From an uncultured beta proteobacterium (GTDB taxonomy: Bacteria > Pseudomonadota > Gammaproteobacteria > Burkholderiales > Casimicrobiaceae): DNA of 64,000 nucleotides. The stretch lies in assembly GCA_963726915.1 (NCBI GenBank), contig CAVSEA010000010.1:31223-95222 (forward strand). The letters are read 5' to 3'. A program made the position numbers and the translations under genes. Positions 10,427 through 19,559 of this stretch are shown here, one piece after another. Positions within the stretch are counted from its first letter, which is position 1. Every line of letters begins with the position of its first letter. The notes beneath the pieces were generated by a model. That model searched no databases. It was not told the DNA's origin and worked only from the letters and a program-made list of their open reading frames with translations.

Positions 10427-12613
10427 CTATTTCGGTGGCGCCGGATCCGCCGGCGGGCGGCGTGGTCTGCTGCTGCGGCACCGGGTGCAGCGCCGCGGCG
10501 TCAGCGGCAGGAACCACGGCAGCGGCACCGGCGATTGCGGCGGCGTGAGCGGCATGGACGGGTTCGCGGGCATCGGCAACTGCGGATCGTCGAAGTTCGG
10601 CAGCACCGGCGGGATCAACTTCGGGTTGTCGCGAATGCTCCTCTGCTCGCCGATGATGTAGTCGTAGCGATCGCTGGTGATCGCGCCGCCGATCGCAGGG
10701 TTGCGGACGATGGTCGGCCGCAGGAACACCATGAGGTTGGTCTTGCTGCGTTTGCGCGTGTCGTAGCGGAACAGCGCGCCCGCGATCGGGATGTCGCCGA
10801 GGAACGGCAGCTTCTGCGTGCCGTCGGTCTGGCTGTCCTGGATCAGGCCGCCAAGGACGATGATCTGGCCGTCATCGATGAGCACGGTCGACTCGAGCGA
10901 GCGCTTGTTGGTGATGATGCCCGCGGGGTTGCTCGAGGTCCTCGACCCTTGACACTTCTTCGTAGATCTGCCAGGCGCACCGTGCCGCCCTCGGTGATCT
11001 GCGGCTTGACCTTCAACGTCAGGCCGACGTCACGACGCTCGATGGTCTGGAACGGCGTCACCGTCGTGGTCGAGCCGGTCTGCGCATACTGGCCGGTAAT
11101 GAACGGCACGTTCTGTCCGACGACGATCTTGGACTCCTCGTTGTCGAGCATCAGCAGATTGGGCGTCGCCAGGATGTTGGCCGTGTTGTCGCCCTGGAGC
11201 GCGCGCACCAGCAGCGCGAGATTGGTGATCGTGCCCAGCCCGGGAATCGTGATCGCACCGCGAATGATGCCGAGGTTGAGGCCGTTGCCCGCACTGCCGA
11301 GGTTCAGCGACGTATCGATGATGTTGCTGCCCGATCCTCGCACGCCAAAATTGGTGCCGCCGCCGACGTACGAATTCGTGCTGTTCGCGCCCTGCAGGTA
11401 TTGCCACTGGATGCCGAATTCGGCGGAGCGATCGGCGCTGACCTCGACGATCAGCGCCTCCACGAACACCTGCGCGCGGCGCGTGTCGAGCTTTTCCACG
11501 ATCGCGCGGATGTTGTTGTACATCGGTTCGGGCGCCATGACGACGAGCGCGTTGTTCGCGGCGTCGGCCTGGATGGTGACGTTGCCCGCGGTGAACGACG
11601 TGGCGCCGCCGCCGGCCACCGCCGGACGCCACGGCCGCGAGGGCGGGCGCCACGGCAGCACCCGCGTTGCCGGTGGCACTCATCGGCGACGTGGCGGACA
11701 GCGGAGACGAGGCGGCGCCCCCGCTTGCATCGCTGCCACCCGTCAGCAGCGAACGCAGCGTATACGCGACGCGAACCGCTTCCGCGTTCTTCAGGTAAAT
11801 GATGAAAATGTTTCCACCCGGGCGACCCGGGGTGTCGAGCTGTTCGATCAGCGAGCGCACGCGGGTAAGCCGCGCGGCGCTCTCTGCCCGCACCAGCACG
11901 CTGTTCGAGCGCGGATCGGCGACCAGCGTGACGCGTTGCTGCGGTTCCGGCGCTGCCCCTGCCGCTTGCCCGGACTCGGCCAGCAGCCGATTCAGGATCT
12001 GCACGACGTCGAGCGCGGACGCGTAGCGAAGCGTCACCACCAGCGGTTCGCTTGCGGGTGGCGCGTCCAGCGACGCGATGATCTTGTCGATGCGCTTCAG
12101 ATTGTCGGCGTAGTCGGTGATGACCAACGCATTCGCGCTGGGGAGCGCGGCGATCGCGTTGTTCGGCGTGATCAGCGGCCGCAAGATGTTGACCAGTTGC
12201 GATGCGGATTCGTATTTGAGCGCGTACACCGACGTCACCAGCCTGTCCCCGCTGCCTGCGCCGCCGCCGGCCACTACCGGGGAACCCTGTTGCTTGGCGT
12301 CGGCTTCGGGAACGATCTTGGTGACGCCGTCGCCTTCGATCGCGGCGAAGCCCTGCAGCCGGAGGGCGGACAGAAGTGTGGGGTACACCGCCGACCTCGG
12401 CACCGGTCGCGCCGAGACGATGTTGATCACTCCCTTCACCCGGGGATCGACGACGAAATTGCGCCCGGTCATCTCGGACACCGCCCTGACGACCGCGTCG
12501 ATGTCGGCGTTGACGAAGTTGAGCGTGACCGTGTCGTCGGCACCAAAGGCCGGCGACACCAGCACCAGGCTGGCGAACAGGAATGCGAGAAGTCGCAGTA
12601 TTTTCATGGGCAT
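10427..12613 (-). pseudogene. gspD: type II secretion secretin GspD, frame broken three times (about 11615, 10971, 10934)
   Basis: Signal peptide MPMKILRLLAFLFASLVLVSPAFG and N0-N3 domains (VTLNFVNADIDAVVRAVSEMTG...). The secretin core (ATPNLLMLDNEESKIVVGQNVPFITG, VGLTLKVKPQITEGGTVRL / QIYEEVSRVEDL / SNPAGIITNKRSLESTVLIDDGQIIVLGGL, LPFLGDIPIAGALF) has to be read across three registers. Confidence 0.85.
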
Positions 12614-12767
12614 GGAGCACTTCGGACGCCGCCGAGGCTCGGGCCAATGATAGCATGGGGGGTCAAGGCGCCCGGCCCGCTCCGCAGGCAAGACAGCTTG
12701 CGAGAAGTGAATCCGCCGATGGTTTTCGCGCCATCTAAGCTGCATGACACCTATCAGGGAGATATCG

Positions 12768-13535
12768 ATGCACGGGACTACCGCCATTCGCGCCTGGCCG
12801 CATGCTGTCGTGCGCGCAGGCTTTCTCGTATTGGCGAGCGCCCTGCTGCTGGCGGCATCGCAGGTGCCCGCGGCAACCGCCCCACCCGCACCCGGCAACG
12901 ATACCCGGATCGAGCTCAAGGTGTCGCCGCCGGGGATCAAGGTCGAAACCGCCGCCACCGACGACGAGACCGATGGCGACGACAGCCGCGGAAAGCGCCA
13001 CCGCGCCACCATTCGCATCGATTCGGATCGCGATTTCGAGTCATTCAAGGATGCGGTGAAAACGGCGCCGTGGATTGTCGGCCTCGTGTTCCTCGTGGTG
13101 GGCTCGATCTTCCTGACCCCCGTCATCCTGCTCATCGGCATCGTTTGGTACAAACTGCGCAAGACGCGCATGCAGAACGACGCCTTGCTCAAGCTGGCCG
13201 AAGCGGGGGTCGTTCCGGCCGCGCAGGCAGTCGAAAGCGTTGCGTCCGGGGTGATGCCCGACGCGGGTCAGGCCGCCGCCAGCGCGACGGTCGCTGCGGG
13301 GTCTTCGTACCAGCAGGTCGTCGCCACCCGGCGGCGGGACGTCTGGTCGGATTTGCGCAAGGGCGTCCTGCTCGCTGCCATCGGTTTTTCGTTGTCGCTG
13401 TACTCGCTCGTCGAACGCGGGTCCGCGAACTGGTTTGGACTCGTGTTGCTGTTTGTCGGCCTGGGCTACGTCGTGCTCTGGTGGTTCGAGGACCGACACC
13501 TAGGGCCACGAAACGCCGCGGGAGGCCCGGGCTGA
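12768..13535 (+). CDS. membrane protein of unknown function, first gene of the ECF sigma operon
   Basis: SD AGGGAGA lies before ATG 12768. Signal-like leader, an acidic periplasmic stretch, then three or four TM segments (PWIVGLVFLVVGSIFLTPVILLIGIVWY, VLLAAIGFSLSLYSL, WFGLVLLFVGLGYVVLWW). Confidence 0.6.
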   Translation: MHGTTAIRAWPHAVVRAGFLVLASALLLAASQVPAATAPPAPGNDTRIELKVSPPGIKVETAATDDETDGDDSRGKRHRATIRIDSDRDFESFKDAVKTAPWIVGLVFLVVGSIFLTPVILLIGIVWYKLRKTRMQNDALLKLAEAGVVPAAQAVESVASGVMPDAGQAAASATVAAGSSYQQVVATRRRDVWSDLRKGVLLAAIGFSLSLYSLVERGSANWFGLVLLFVGLGYVVLWWFEDRHLGPRNAAGGPG

Positions 13536-13569
13536 CCGGGAGGGATGGAACCGTATCCCGGCCCCATCG

Positions 13570-14139
13570 ATGTCGTCGCCACCGGTCAGCGACGCCGCGC
13601 TGATTGCCCGCGTCGTTGTCAGCGACGACCGGCACGCGTTCGGCGAACTCGTCCGCCGGCACCAATCGATGGTCAGGGCAACGTTGCGCAAACTCACCGG
13701 CGGCAACAGCGCGCTGGCGGACGACCTGGCGCAGGAGACATTCCTGCTCGCGTACCGCAACTTGAAGTCGTTCCGACAGGAGGCGCGTTTTTCGACGTGG
13801 CTCTATCGCATCGCCTACAACGCGTTCCTGGCCGATGCCAGGAAGATGAAGGAACTGCCGCTGACAGAAGGCACCGACGCCGATACGCTCGGGTCGGGAG
13901 AGCGGCCCGAAGGGCGGAGCATCGCGCACGAAGCGGCGATGTCGATCGACTTGGAGCGCGCGATGCGAGTGTTGTCGGATGCCGAGCGGGCAGCGATCGT
14001 GCAGTGCTACCATAACGATCTGACGCACGAAGAGGCCGCCGTAGTCCTGGGCTGCCCGGTCGGGACCGTCAAGACTCATATCCTCCGCGCCAAGGAAAAA
14101 CTCAGGGCTCGGCTCGGCGCATGGGCGCCCGGTGAATGA
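13570..14139 (+). CDS. ECF (group 4) RNA polymerase sigma factor
   Basis: Region 2 (DDLAQETFLLAYRNLKSFRQEARFSTWLYRIAYN) and region 4 (LSDAERAAIVQCYHNDLTHEEAAVVLGCPVGTVKTHILRAKEKLR). Confidence 0.9.
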   Translation: MSSPPVSDAALIARVVVSDDRHAFGELVRRHQSMVRATLRKLTGGNSALADDLAQETFLLAYRNLKSFRQEARFSTWLYRIAYNAFLADARKMKELPLTEGTDADTLGSGERPEGRSIAHEAAMSIDLERAMRVLSDAERAAIVQCYHNDLTHEEAAVVLGCPVGTVKTHILRAKEKLRARLGAWAPGE

Positions 14140-14498
14140 ACATGCAGACTAACGAATCCGACTCCACGGGCGATTGGCTCGAACAGGCGCTGCGTGCCGA
14201 CGGTGCCGAACACCGCTCGCGCCACGTCGACGACGACGGCTTCACGGCCAGGGTCATGGCCGGGTTGCCGGTACCTGCCACGCTGCCCGCGTGGCGTCGC
14301 CCGGTGATTGCGCTTCTTTGGCTTTGCGTTGCGGCAGCTGCCGCTATCGGCACGCCCGGACTGTTCGACGACGCCTTTCGCAGCACCGTGGCGCTGCTGG
14401 TCGGCCATCGGTTCGGCGTCGCCGATGTGCTCGCCTTGCTGGTCGTATTGGGTGCGACGACCTGGGGCATGCTGGTCTACGCGGTTAAGGCCAAGTAA
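14136..14498 (+). CDS. putative membrane anti-sigma factor
   Basis: ATGA start/stop overlap with the sigma gene. 120 aa with a short cytoplasmic N-domain and two TM segments. Assignment is by position only. Confidence 0.45.
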   Translation: MNMQTNESDSTGDWLEQALRADGAEHRSRHVDDDGFTARVMAGLPVPATLPAWRRPVIALLWLCVAAAAAIGTPGLFDDAFRSTVALLVGHRFGVADVLALLVVLGATTWGMLVYAVKAK

Positions 14499-14524
14499 TG
14501 GAGTAGGCGCGACTTCATTCGCGC

Positions 14525-14554
14525 AAAAAAAAGAGGCCGCGCTTGCGCGCGGCC
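14525..14554 (-). terminator. rho-independent terminator downstream of tonB
   Basis: 8-bp GC stem GGCCGCGC-ttgc-GCGCGGCC. On the minus strand it is followed by a run of eight T. It lies 40 nt after the tonB stop. Confidence 0.75.
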
Positions 14555-14593
14555 CGGATCCTCCTCCACTGTTCAGTGCGACTGCGCGTTTCC

Positions 14594-15238
14594 CTATTCG
14601 TCCTTGAGGGTAAACGTCAGTTCGACCTCGCCGACGAACTTCTCGCCTTCGGGCTGGAACTTCCATTGCGATAGCGCCCGCGTAACCTCTTTGTTGAATA
14701 CGTTAGGGGGGTCCGCCTCGACGATTCTCACCTCGGTCACGAGTCCCTTTTCGTCGATGAACAGCCGCGCGACCACGTGGCCTTTCTGGACGCCGGCGCG
14801 AATCGCCTCGCGCGGAAAGATCGGGTTGACCTTTTCCAGGGGAACGAGGCCCTTCCGAATCGCCGGCTTCGGTGCCGGTGGCGCGACCACGGGCGGCGCA
14901 ATCACGTGCTGCTCGGTCGGTACCGTCGTGGTGGGTGCCGTGATCACCGGCGCCGTCGTCGGCGTTGGAACCGGTATGTCCGGCGGCGGAACGTAAGGCT
15001 GTACCGGCGCTTGCGCCTTCGGCGGCTCGATGATCTTCTTCGGCGGCGGGGGCGGCGGTGGCGGAGGCAGCTTCACCTCCTCGATGATGGTCGCGGACAA
15101 CGGCTTCTTGATCACTTCGATCGCGGTGCGCGCAAGCCCGGTGACGAGCGCGTAAATGACGAGTACGTGCAGCAGCACGACAATCGAGATCCCCACCACG
15201 TGGCGCGTCGGACTCCTCTGCTGCTGGGCAAAATCCAT
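14594..15238 (-). CDS. tonB: energy transducer TonB
   Basis: N-terminal TM anchor (VVGISIVVLLHVLVIYALV), a Pro-rich spacer with P9 and PxP repeats, and a C-terminal TonB_C fold (PIFPREAIRAGVQKGHVVARLFIDEKGLVTEV). Confidence 0.85.
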   Translation of the reverse strand: MDFAQQQRSPTRHVVGISIVVLLHVLVIYALVTGLARTAIEVIKKPLSATIIEEVKLPPPPPPPPPKKIIEPPKAQAPVQPYVPPPDIPVPTPTTAPVITAPTTTVPTEQHVIAPPVVAPPAPKPAIRKGLVPLEKVNPIFPREAIRAGVQKGHVVARLFIDEKGLVTEVRIVEADPPNVFNKEVTRALSQWKFQPEGEKFVGEVELTFTLKDE

Positions 15239-15258
15239 ATCGCTTTCGACTCCTGCCG

Positions 15259-15690
15259 CTACTCGACGAACTGCTCGCTGCCGACGATACCGATCTTGGT
15301 CAGGCCGATGCGCTGTGCCGACGCCATCACGCCGGCGACGATCGCGTACTTGGCGGACTTGTCCGGGCGCAGGTGGACTTCGGGCTGGCGTGCTTTTGCT
15401 GCAGCCTCGGTCATCTTCCCTTCGAGCGTGGCACGATCCGGTACCACTTCCGCGTTCCAATAGACCGCACCGGTAGCATCGATGTCGAGCTTGACGACTT
15501 CCGGCATTTCCAGCGGCGGCGGCGGATTGCCGGTCGGCATGTTCAGATTCACCGAATGCAGCTGGATCGGAATGGTGATGATGATCATGACCAGCAACAC
15601 CAGCATCACGTCGATGAGCGGCGTGGTGTTGATGTCCATCATCAGCTCGGGATCGCCCGACCCGCCACCCGAACCCACGTTCATTGCCAT
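15259..15690 (-). CDS. exbD: biopolymer transport protein ExbD (copy 2)
   Basis: INTTPLIDVMLVLLVMIIIT TM motif, with ExbD/TolR length and layout. Confidence 0.9.
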   Translation of the reverse strand: MAMNVGSGGGSGDPELMMDINTTPLIDVMLVLLVMIIITIPIQLHSVNLNMPTGNPPPPLEMPEVVKLDIDATGAVYWNAEVVPDRATLEGKMTEAAAKARQPEVHLRPDKSAKYAIVAGVMASAQRIGLTKIGIVGSEQFVE

Positions 15691-15726
15691 GATGCGTGCC
15701 TCACGAATTTGCCAGCGAGCGACATC

Positions 15727-16155
15727 TCAACCTCCGCGGGGCGGCGGTTCGGTGATGAAGCCGACCTTGGCGATGCCGGCGCGCTGCACCGCGTAGATGA
15801 TGCGGCCGACAGATTCGTAGTTGGCTCCGCCGTCACCGCGAATCTGCACTTCGGGTTGCGGCGTGAGTACCGAGATCCGCTTGAGCCGGTCGATCAATAT
15901 GGTGGTGCTGGCAATCCGCAGGTCGTTCCAATAGATACGGCCGGCAGCGTCGACCGAAAGCGTGATGTTCTCAGGCTTGGTCTCGCGCACCTCGTTGCGT
16001 TCCTTCGGCAACTGGACCGGGATCGCCGTGGTGATCACGGGGATGGTGATCAGGAAGATGATCAGCAGCACCAGCATCACGTCGACCAGCGGCGTGGTGT
16101 TGATCGCCGAGATCGCTTCGTCTTCGCCGCCACCCGGGCCAACGTTCATCGCCAT
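15727..16155 (-). CDS. exbD: biopolymer transport protein ExbD (copy 1)
   Basis: INTTPLVDVMLVLLIIFLIT TM motif; paralog of the adjacent gene. Confidence 0.9.
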   Translation of the reverse strand: MAMNVGPGGGEDEAISAINTTPLVDVMLVLLIIFLITIPVITTAIPVQLPKERNEVRETKPENITLSVDAAGRIYWNDLRIASTTILIDRLKRISVLTPQPEVQIRGDGGANYESVGRIIYAVQRAGIAKVGFITEPPPRGG

Positions 16156-16165
16156 GATCCAGCTC

Positions 16166-17032
16166 CTAGGCCTTGGCGGGCGACTTCGGTGCGCTTAGCA
16201 GCACGGCATGCAGGTCGGCGCCGAAGCCGCGAACGCGCTCCATCGCCGATTTGTTCCGGCGCACCAGCCAGTTGTAGCCGAGCACCGCCGGGACCGCCAC
16301 GGCGAGGCCGATCGCGGTCATGATCAGCGCCTCGCCGACCGGACCCGCGACCTTGTCGATCGAGGCCTGCCCGGCGATACCGATCGCGGTCAGCGCGTGA
16401 TAGATGCCCCACACGGTTCCAAACAGCCCGACGAACGGCGCCGTCGAGCCCACCGTGGCCAGGAAGGACAGGCCGTCCTGCGTGCGGCTCTGGACGTTGT
16501 CTATGGCGCGCTGGATCGACATGGTGATCCATTCGTTCATGTCGACATTGCCGAGCAATCCGGTGTGTTTGCTGCTTGCCTCGAGTCCCGTCTCCGCAAT
16601 GAAACGGAACGGGCTGGACTTTTTCAGGCCGTCGGCGCCCTGGCGCACGGAAGGTGCGCCCCAGAACGACTTTTCCGCCGCCTTTGCCTGCTGCCCCATC
16701 TTGTACTGCTCGAACAGCTTGGTGATGATGATGTACCAGCTACCCATCGACATGATCACCAGGATGATCAGCGTCGACTTGGCGACGAAGTCGCCGCCCT
16801 TCCAGAGCGCTTCCAGGCCGTAGGGATTGTCGATCACCTCGGTGGCCTTCGCCGAAGCTGCGGCTGGCGCAGGCGCAGCTGCCGGCGGCGCGGGCGCGGC
16901 AGGCGCTGCGGCGGGTGCAGCCGGCGCGGCCGGCGGCGTGGCCTGCGCGTAAGCCGCGTGCGGGAGCATCGCCGCGGCTGCGACTACCAGCAGGGTCGCG
17001 GCCACAGCGGCGATTCGGGTCATGTTCAACAT
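16166..17032 (-). CDS. exbB: MotA/TolQ/ExbB proton channel protein with signal peptide and Ala/Pro-rich N-extension
   Basis: C-terminal channel motif LSFLATVGSTAPFVGLFGTVWGI...GPVGEALIMTAIGLAVAVPAVLGYN. The N-terminus reads AQATPPAAPAAPAAAPAAPAPPAAAPAPAAA. Confidence 0.9.
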   Translation of the reverse strand: MLNMTRIAAVAATLLVVAAAAMLPHAAYAQATPPAAPAAPAAAPAAPAPPAAAPAPAAASAKATEVIDNPYGLEALWKGGDFVAKSTLIILVIMSMGSWYIIITKLFEQYKMGQQAKAAEKSFWGAPSVRQGADGLKKSSPFRFIAETGLEASSKHTGLLGNVDMNEWITMSIQRAIDNVQSRTQDGLSFLATVGSTAPFVGLFGTVWGIYHALTAIGIAGQASIDKVAGPVGEALIMTAIGLAVAVPAVLGYNWLVRRNKSAMERVRGFGADLHAVLLSAPKSPAKA

Positions 17033-17484
17033 AACGTCTCCAGACAGAAGGTTGTTCGGTCAGTGGGTACGCGGGTCCGACGGGTACGGACGGCGCAGGC
17101 GACAATCGCCAGGCCCACGGATAGCGGGCAAGGCCGTTAGTCTATTCGGATTTGGTTCCCCGGTGACTGCTCGCTGCCGATTGATTATGAACCCCGAAAC
17201 ATACGACGAGGGCCGATCCCCACACTTGCGCTTGCACGCCATCGCCAAAACGCATTGGCCCCGCCGAAGAGCGAGGCCAGGCTTTCGTTGAGAAGCCGGC
17301 GGATTCTACACAAAATCGTCAAAAAGTCCACCCGAATCTGAACGCCAGCGGCCTGCGGGTCGCTGCAGGACGGCCCGAGTTCCTTGTCGCAATCGACCAG
17401 CGCACCGAGCAAAATCCTGAATCCGGCCTCCTGGCCCAGCGCATCGAAGCGATGCCAGTGACGAGACGAACCAGGAGACCCAAC

Positions 17485-17646
17485 ATGAACGACTACCATC
17501 CCGACCTGCCCCGCGTCGCATGCGGATTCGCCGCGATGATCATGACCGCGATCACCCTCGGCCTGTTCGTCGTATTGCCGTCCGCCGTGGAGCCTGCCGG
17601 TCAGGTCCTTGCCGCGGCGACCCGGATCGTGTGCGCGACTATTTGA
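17485..17646 (+). CDS. candidate 53-aa single-pass membrane protein
   Basis: AGGAGA lies 8 nt before the ATG. GC3 is about 80%. One TM segment (GFAAMIMTAITLGLFVVLP). I recognise no homology. Confidence 0.4.
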   Translation: MNDYHPDLPRVACGFAAMIMTAITLGLFVVLPSAVEPAGQVLAAATRIVCATI

Positions 17647-18115
17647 CCAGCGGGATCCCGACGGCGATGTCGTAATCCTGAAAGGCGCGGACTTTCGACT
17701 CAAGTTGCAAATAGCGTGCGGCTTTCTTGTCCGGCAAAGCGCGCATGACCTTGTTTTGCATCGTCCGCCGCGCTTTGATTTCGGACTCGTCCGCAGCCAG
17801 CAGCTCAGTCGCGAGGTTCTTGGCGTACAGGTCCGAAATTGCCTTGTTGGCGCCGACGACGTCGACGATGACCAGGCTTCGGCGCCGGGTGGCCAAATCC
17901 AGATCACGCTGGTAGGCGTCGTAGATCGGCCAGAACTTCTTCGCTTCGGCTTCGGTGAGCTGCAGCGTCGACGCCACGAATGCCTTCTTGTCGGCCCTGA
18001 CCGCGGTGCGCAACGCGTTCATGTCGGTCACTGCGCCGACATCCTGCGCCTGCGACGGATGCGCTGCGATCATTGCCGCCGCGAACAGGAATGCCCTTAG
18101 GCCTTGGTTCATCAT
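17639..18115 (-). CDS. secreted/periplasmic protein of unknown function
   Basis: Cleavable leader MMNQGLRAFLFAAAMIAAHPSQAQ followed by a helical, charged 135-aa body. Confidence 0.6.
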   Translation of the reverse strand: MMNQGLRAFLFAAAMIAAHPSQAQDVGAVTDMNALRTAVRADKKAFVASTLQLTEAEAKKFWPIYDAYQRDLDLATRRRSLVIVDVVGANKAISDLYAKNLATELLAADESEIKARRTMQNKVMRALPDKKAARYLQLESKVRAFQDYDIAVGIPLVK

Positions 18116-18321
18116 CTTGTTGTCCCCGATGTCACCTGCGGCAACGAACCACCCGCGCGCCGATCTCGCGGCCGCGCCGCTTCAGGCGAATCTTTTAGCA
18201 CATTTTCTGCCCCGCGAGTTGCGGGCTCGGAGACGCTGGAACGGACGGGCACGGATTCGGCAGCAGAGATGCCGCTTGACGGGGCCGGGAGCGGCGCAGA
18301 TACTTTTCTCAGGAGGGACGC

Positions 18322-19485
18322 ATGAGAATCTGGGTTGCCGCGCTGATCTCCCTGACCCTTGCCGCCTGTGCGAGCGCGCCCGCGTCGCACACCGAGCGCC
18401 TGTTCCAGGATCAGTTGTTCGCCGCCCCTCCGGAACGCATCAGCGCCGACGATGTGTTTGCGCTCAGCGACGATATGAAGCGCTACGTCGCGGAACATGT
18501 CGCGAGCCCATTTTCCCCCAAGACCAAGCAACGGGTACTCATCGAGGCGCTCTACACCAAGGGCCAGCTCAAGCTCGCCTACGACGCAGAGCTGACCCGA
18601 AACGCGGCGCAGACCTTCGATGCAAGAGCCGGGAATTGCCTGTCGCTCACCATCATGACCGCCGCGCTCGCGAAGGAAATCGGTCTTTTTGTCCAGTACC
18701 AGATGGTGCTTGGAGACACTGTGTGGGCGCGCAGTGGCGGCATGTATTTCTCCATCGAACACGTCAATCTGACGCTGGGCGCGACAGGCGGCCGAACCCT
18801 CGACGCCCACAGCGCTCCGCTGACGATCGACTTTCTTCCCGGCGACGACCTCCGGGGTCAGCGCATGCGCGTCGTCAGCGAGGAGACGATCGTCGCGATG
18901 TTCATGAACAACCGCGCTGCCGAATTACTCGCCCTGGGGCAAATCGATGCCGCCTATTGGTGGGCCCGCGCCGCCATCGGGCAGGACCCCCGGTTCCTGA
19001 GCGCCTACAACACGCTGGGCGTGATCTACCGGCGTCACGGCAACCTGCACGAGGCGGAAGTGGTACTCGCCCATGTGCTAGAGCTTGAACCGGGAAATAC
19101 CCAGGCGATGGCCAACCTGGTCCTCGTGCTGAACGACCAGGGTCGAGTCGCAGAGTCCGCGGCGCTAAGCAGCAAGCTGGAGCAATTACAGCCGTTTCCA
19201 CCCTTCTATTACTTCGAACGCGGCCTCGTGGCGATTCAAAACGGCGATTACACGGCAGCGAGGATGCTGTTTGAGAAGGAGGTCGAGCGAGACGCGTACT
19301 ACCATGAATTTCGCGCCTGGCTTGCTGCCGCGTACCTGGGTTTGGGAGATACGGCCAAGGCGCGCGCGCAACTCGCGCTTGCGCGGGAATACAGCACGAC
19401 GCGCACCGAGCGCCAACTCTACGCGGCGAAACTCGACCGGATCAGGTCCGGCCGGCCGCCTCAACCCAGCGAGAGCACTTTCTGA
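18322..19485 (+). CDS. lipoprotein with transglutaminase-like N-domain and TPR repeats
   Basis: Lipobox LTLAAC. A candidate Cys-protease-like core (AGNCLSLTIMTAALAKEIG) and at least three TPR units (AYNTLGVIYRRHGNLHEAEVVLAHVLELEPGN...). Confidence 0.75.
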   Translation: MRIWVAALISLTLAACASAPASHTERLFQDQLFAAPPERISADDVFALSDDMKRYVAEHVASPFSPKTKQRVLIEALYTKGQLKLAYDAELTRNAAQTFDARAGNCLSLTIMTAALAKEIGLFVQYQMVLGDTVWARSGGMYFSIEHVNLTLGATGGRTLDAHSAPLTIDFLPGDDLRGQRMRVVSEETIVAMFMNNRAAELLALGQIDAAYWWARAAIGQDPRFLSAYNTLGVIYRRHGNLHEAEVVLAHVLELEPGNTQAMANLVLVLNDQGRVAESAALSSKLEQLQPFPPFYYFERGLVAIQNGDYTAARMLFEKEVERDAYYHEFRAWLAAAYLGLGDTAKARAQLALAREYSTTRTERQLYAAKLDRIRSGRPPQPSESTF

Positions 19486-19512
19486 CTTTCACGAAACTGG
19501 CAGCATAAAAAC

Positions 19513-19537
19513 AAAGCCCCGCACGAAGCGGGGCTTT
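19513..19537. terminator. bidirectional intrinsic terminator between convergent genes
   Basis: Stem AAAGCCCCGC-acgaa-GCGGGGCTTT, with T-rich tails on both strands. Confidence 0.75.
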
Positions 19538-19559
19538 GTGTGTCGCGTCTGCGGGACGA

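Noticed and set aside
17033-17200. Fur box upstream of exbB.
   Set aside because: There is only a short AT-rich stretch (cataatcaatc) with a poor match to GATAATGATAATCATTATC. It is not distinguishable from chance.
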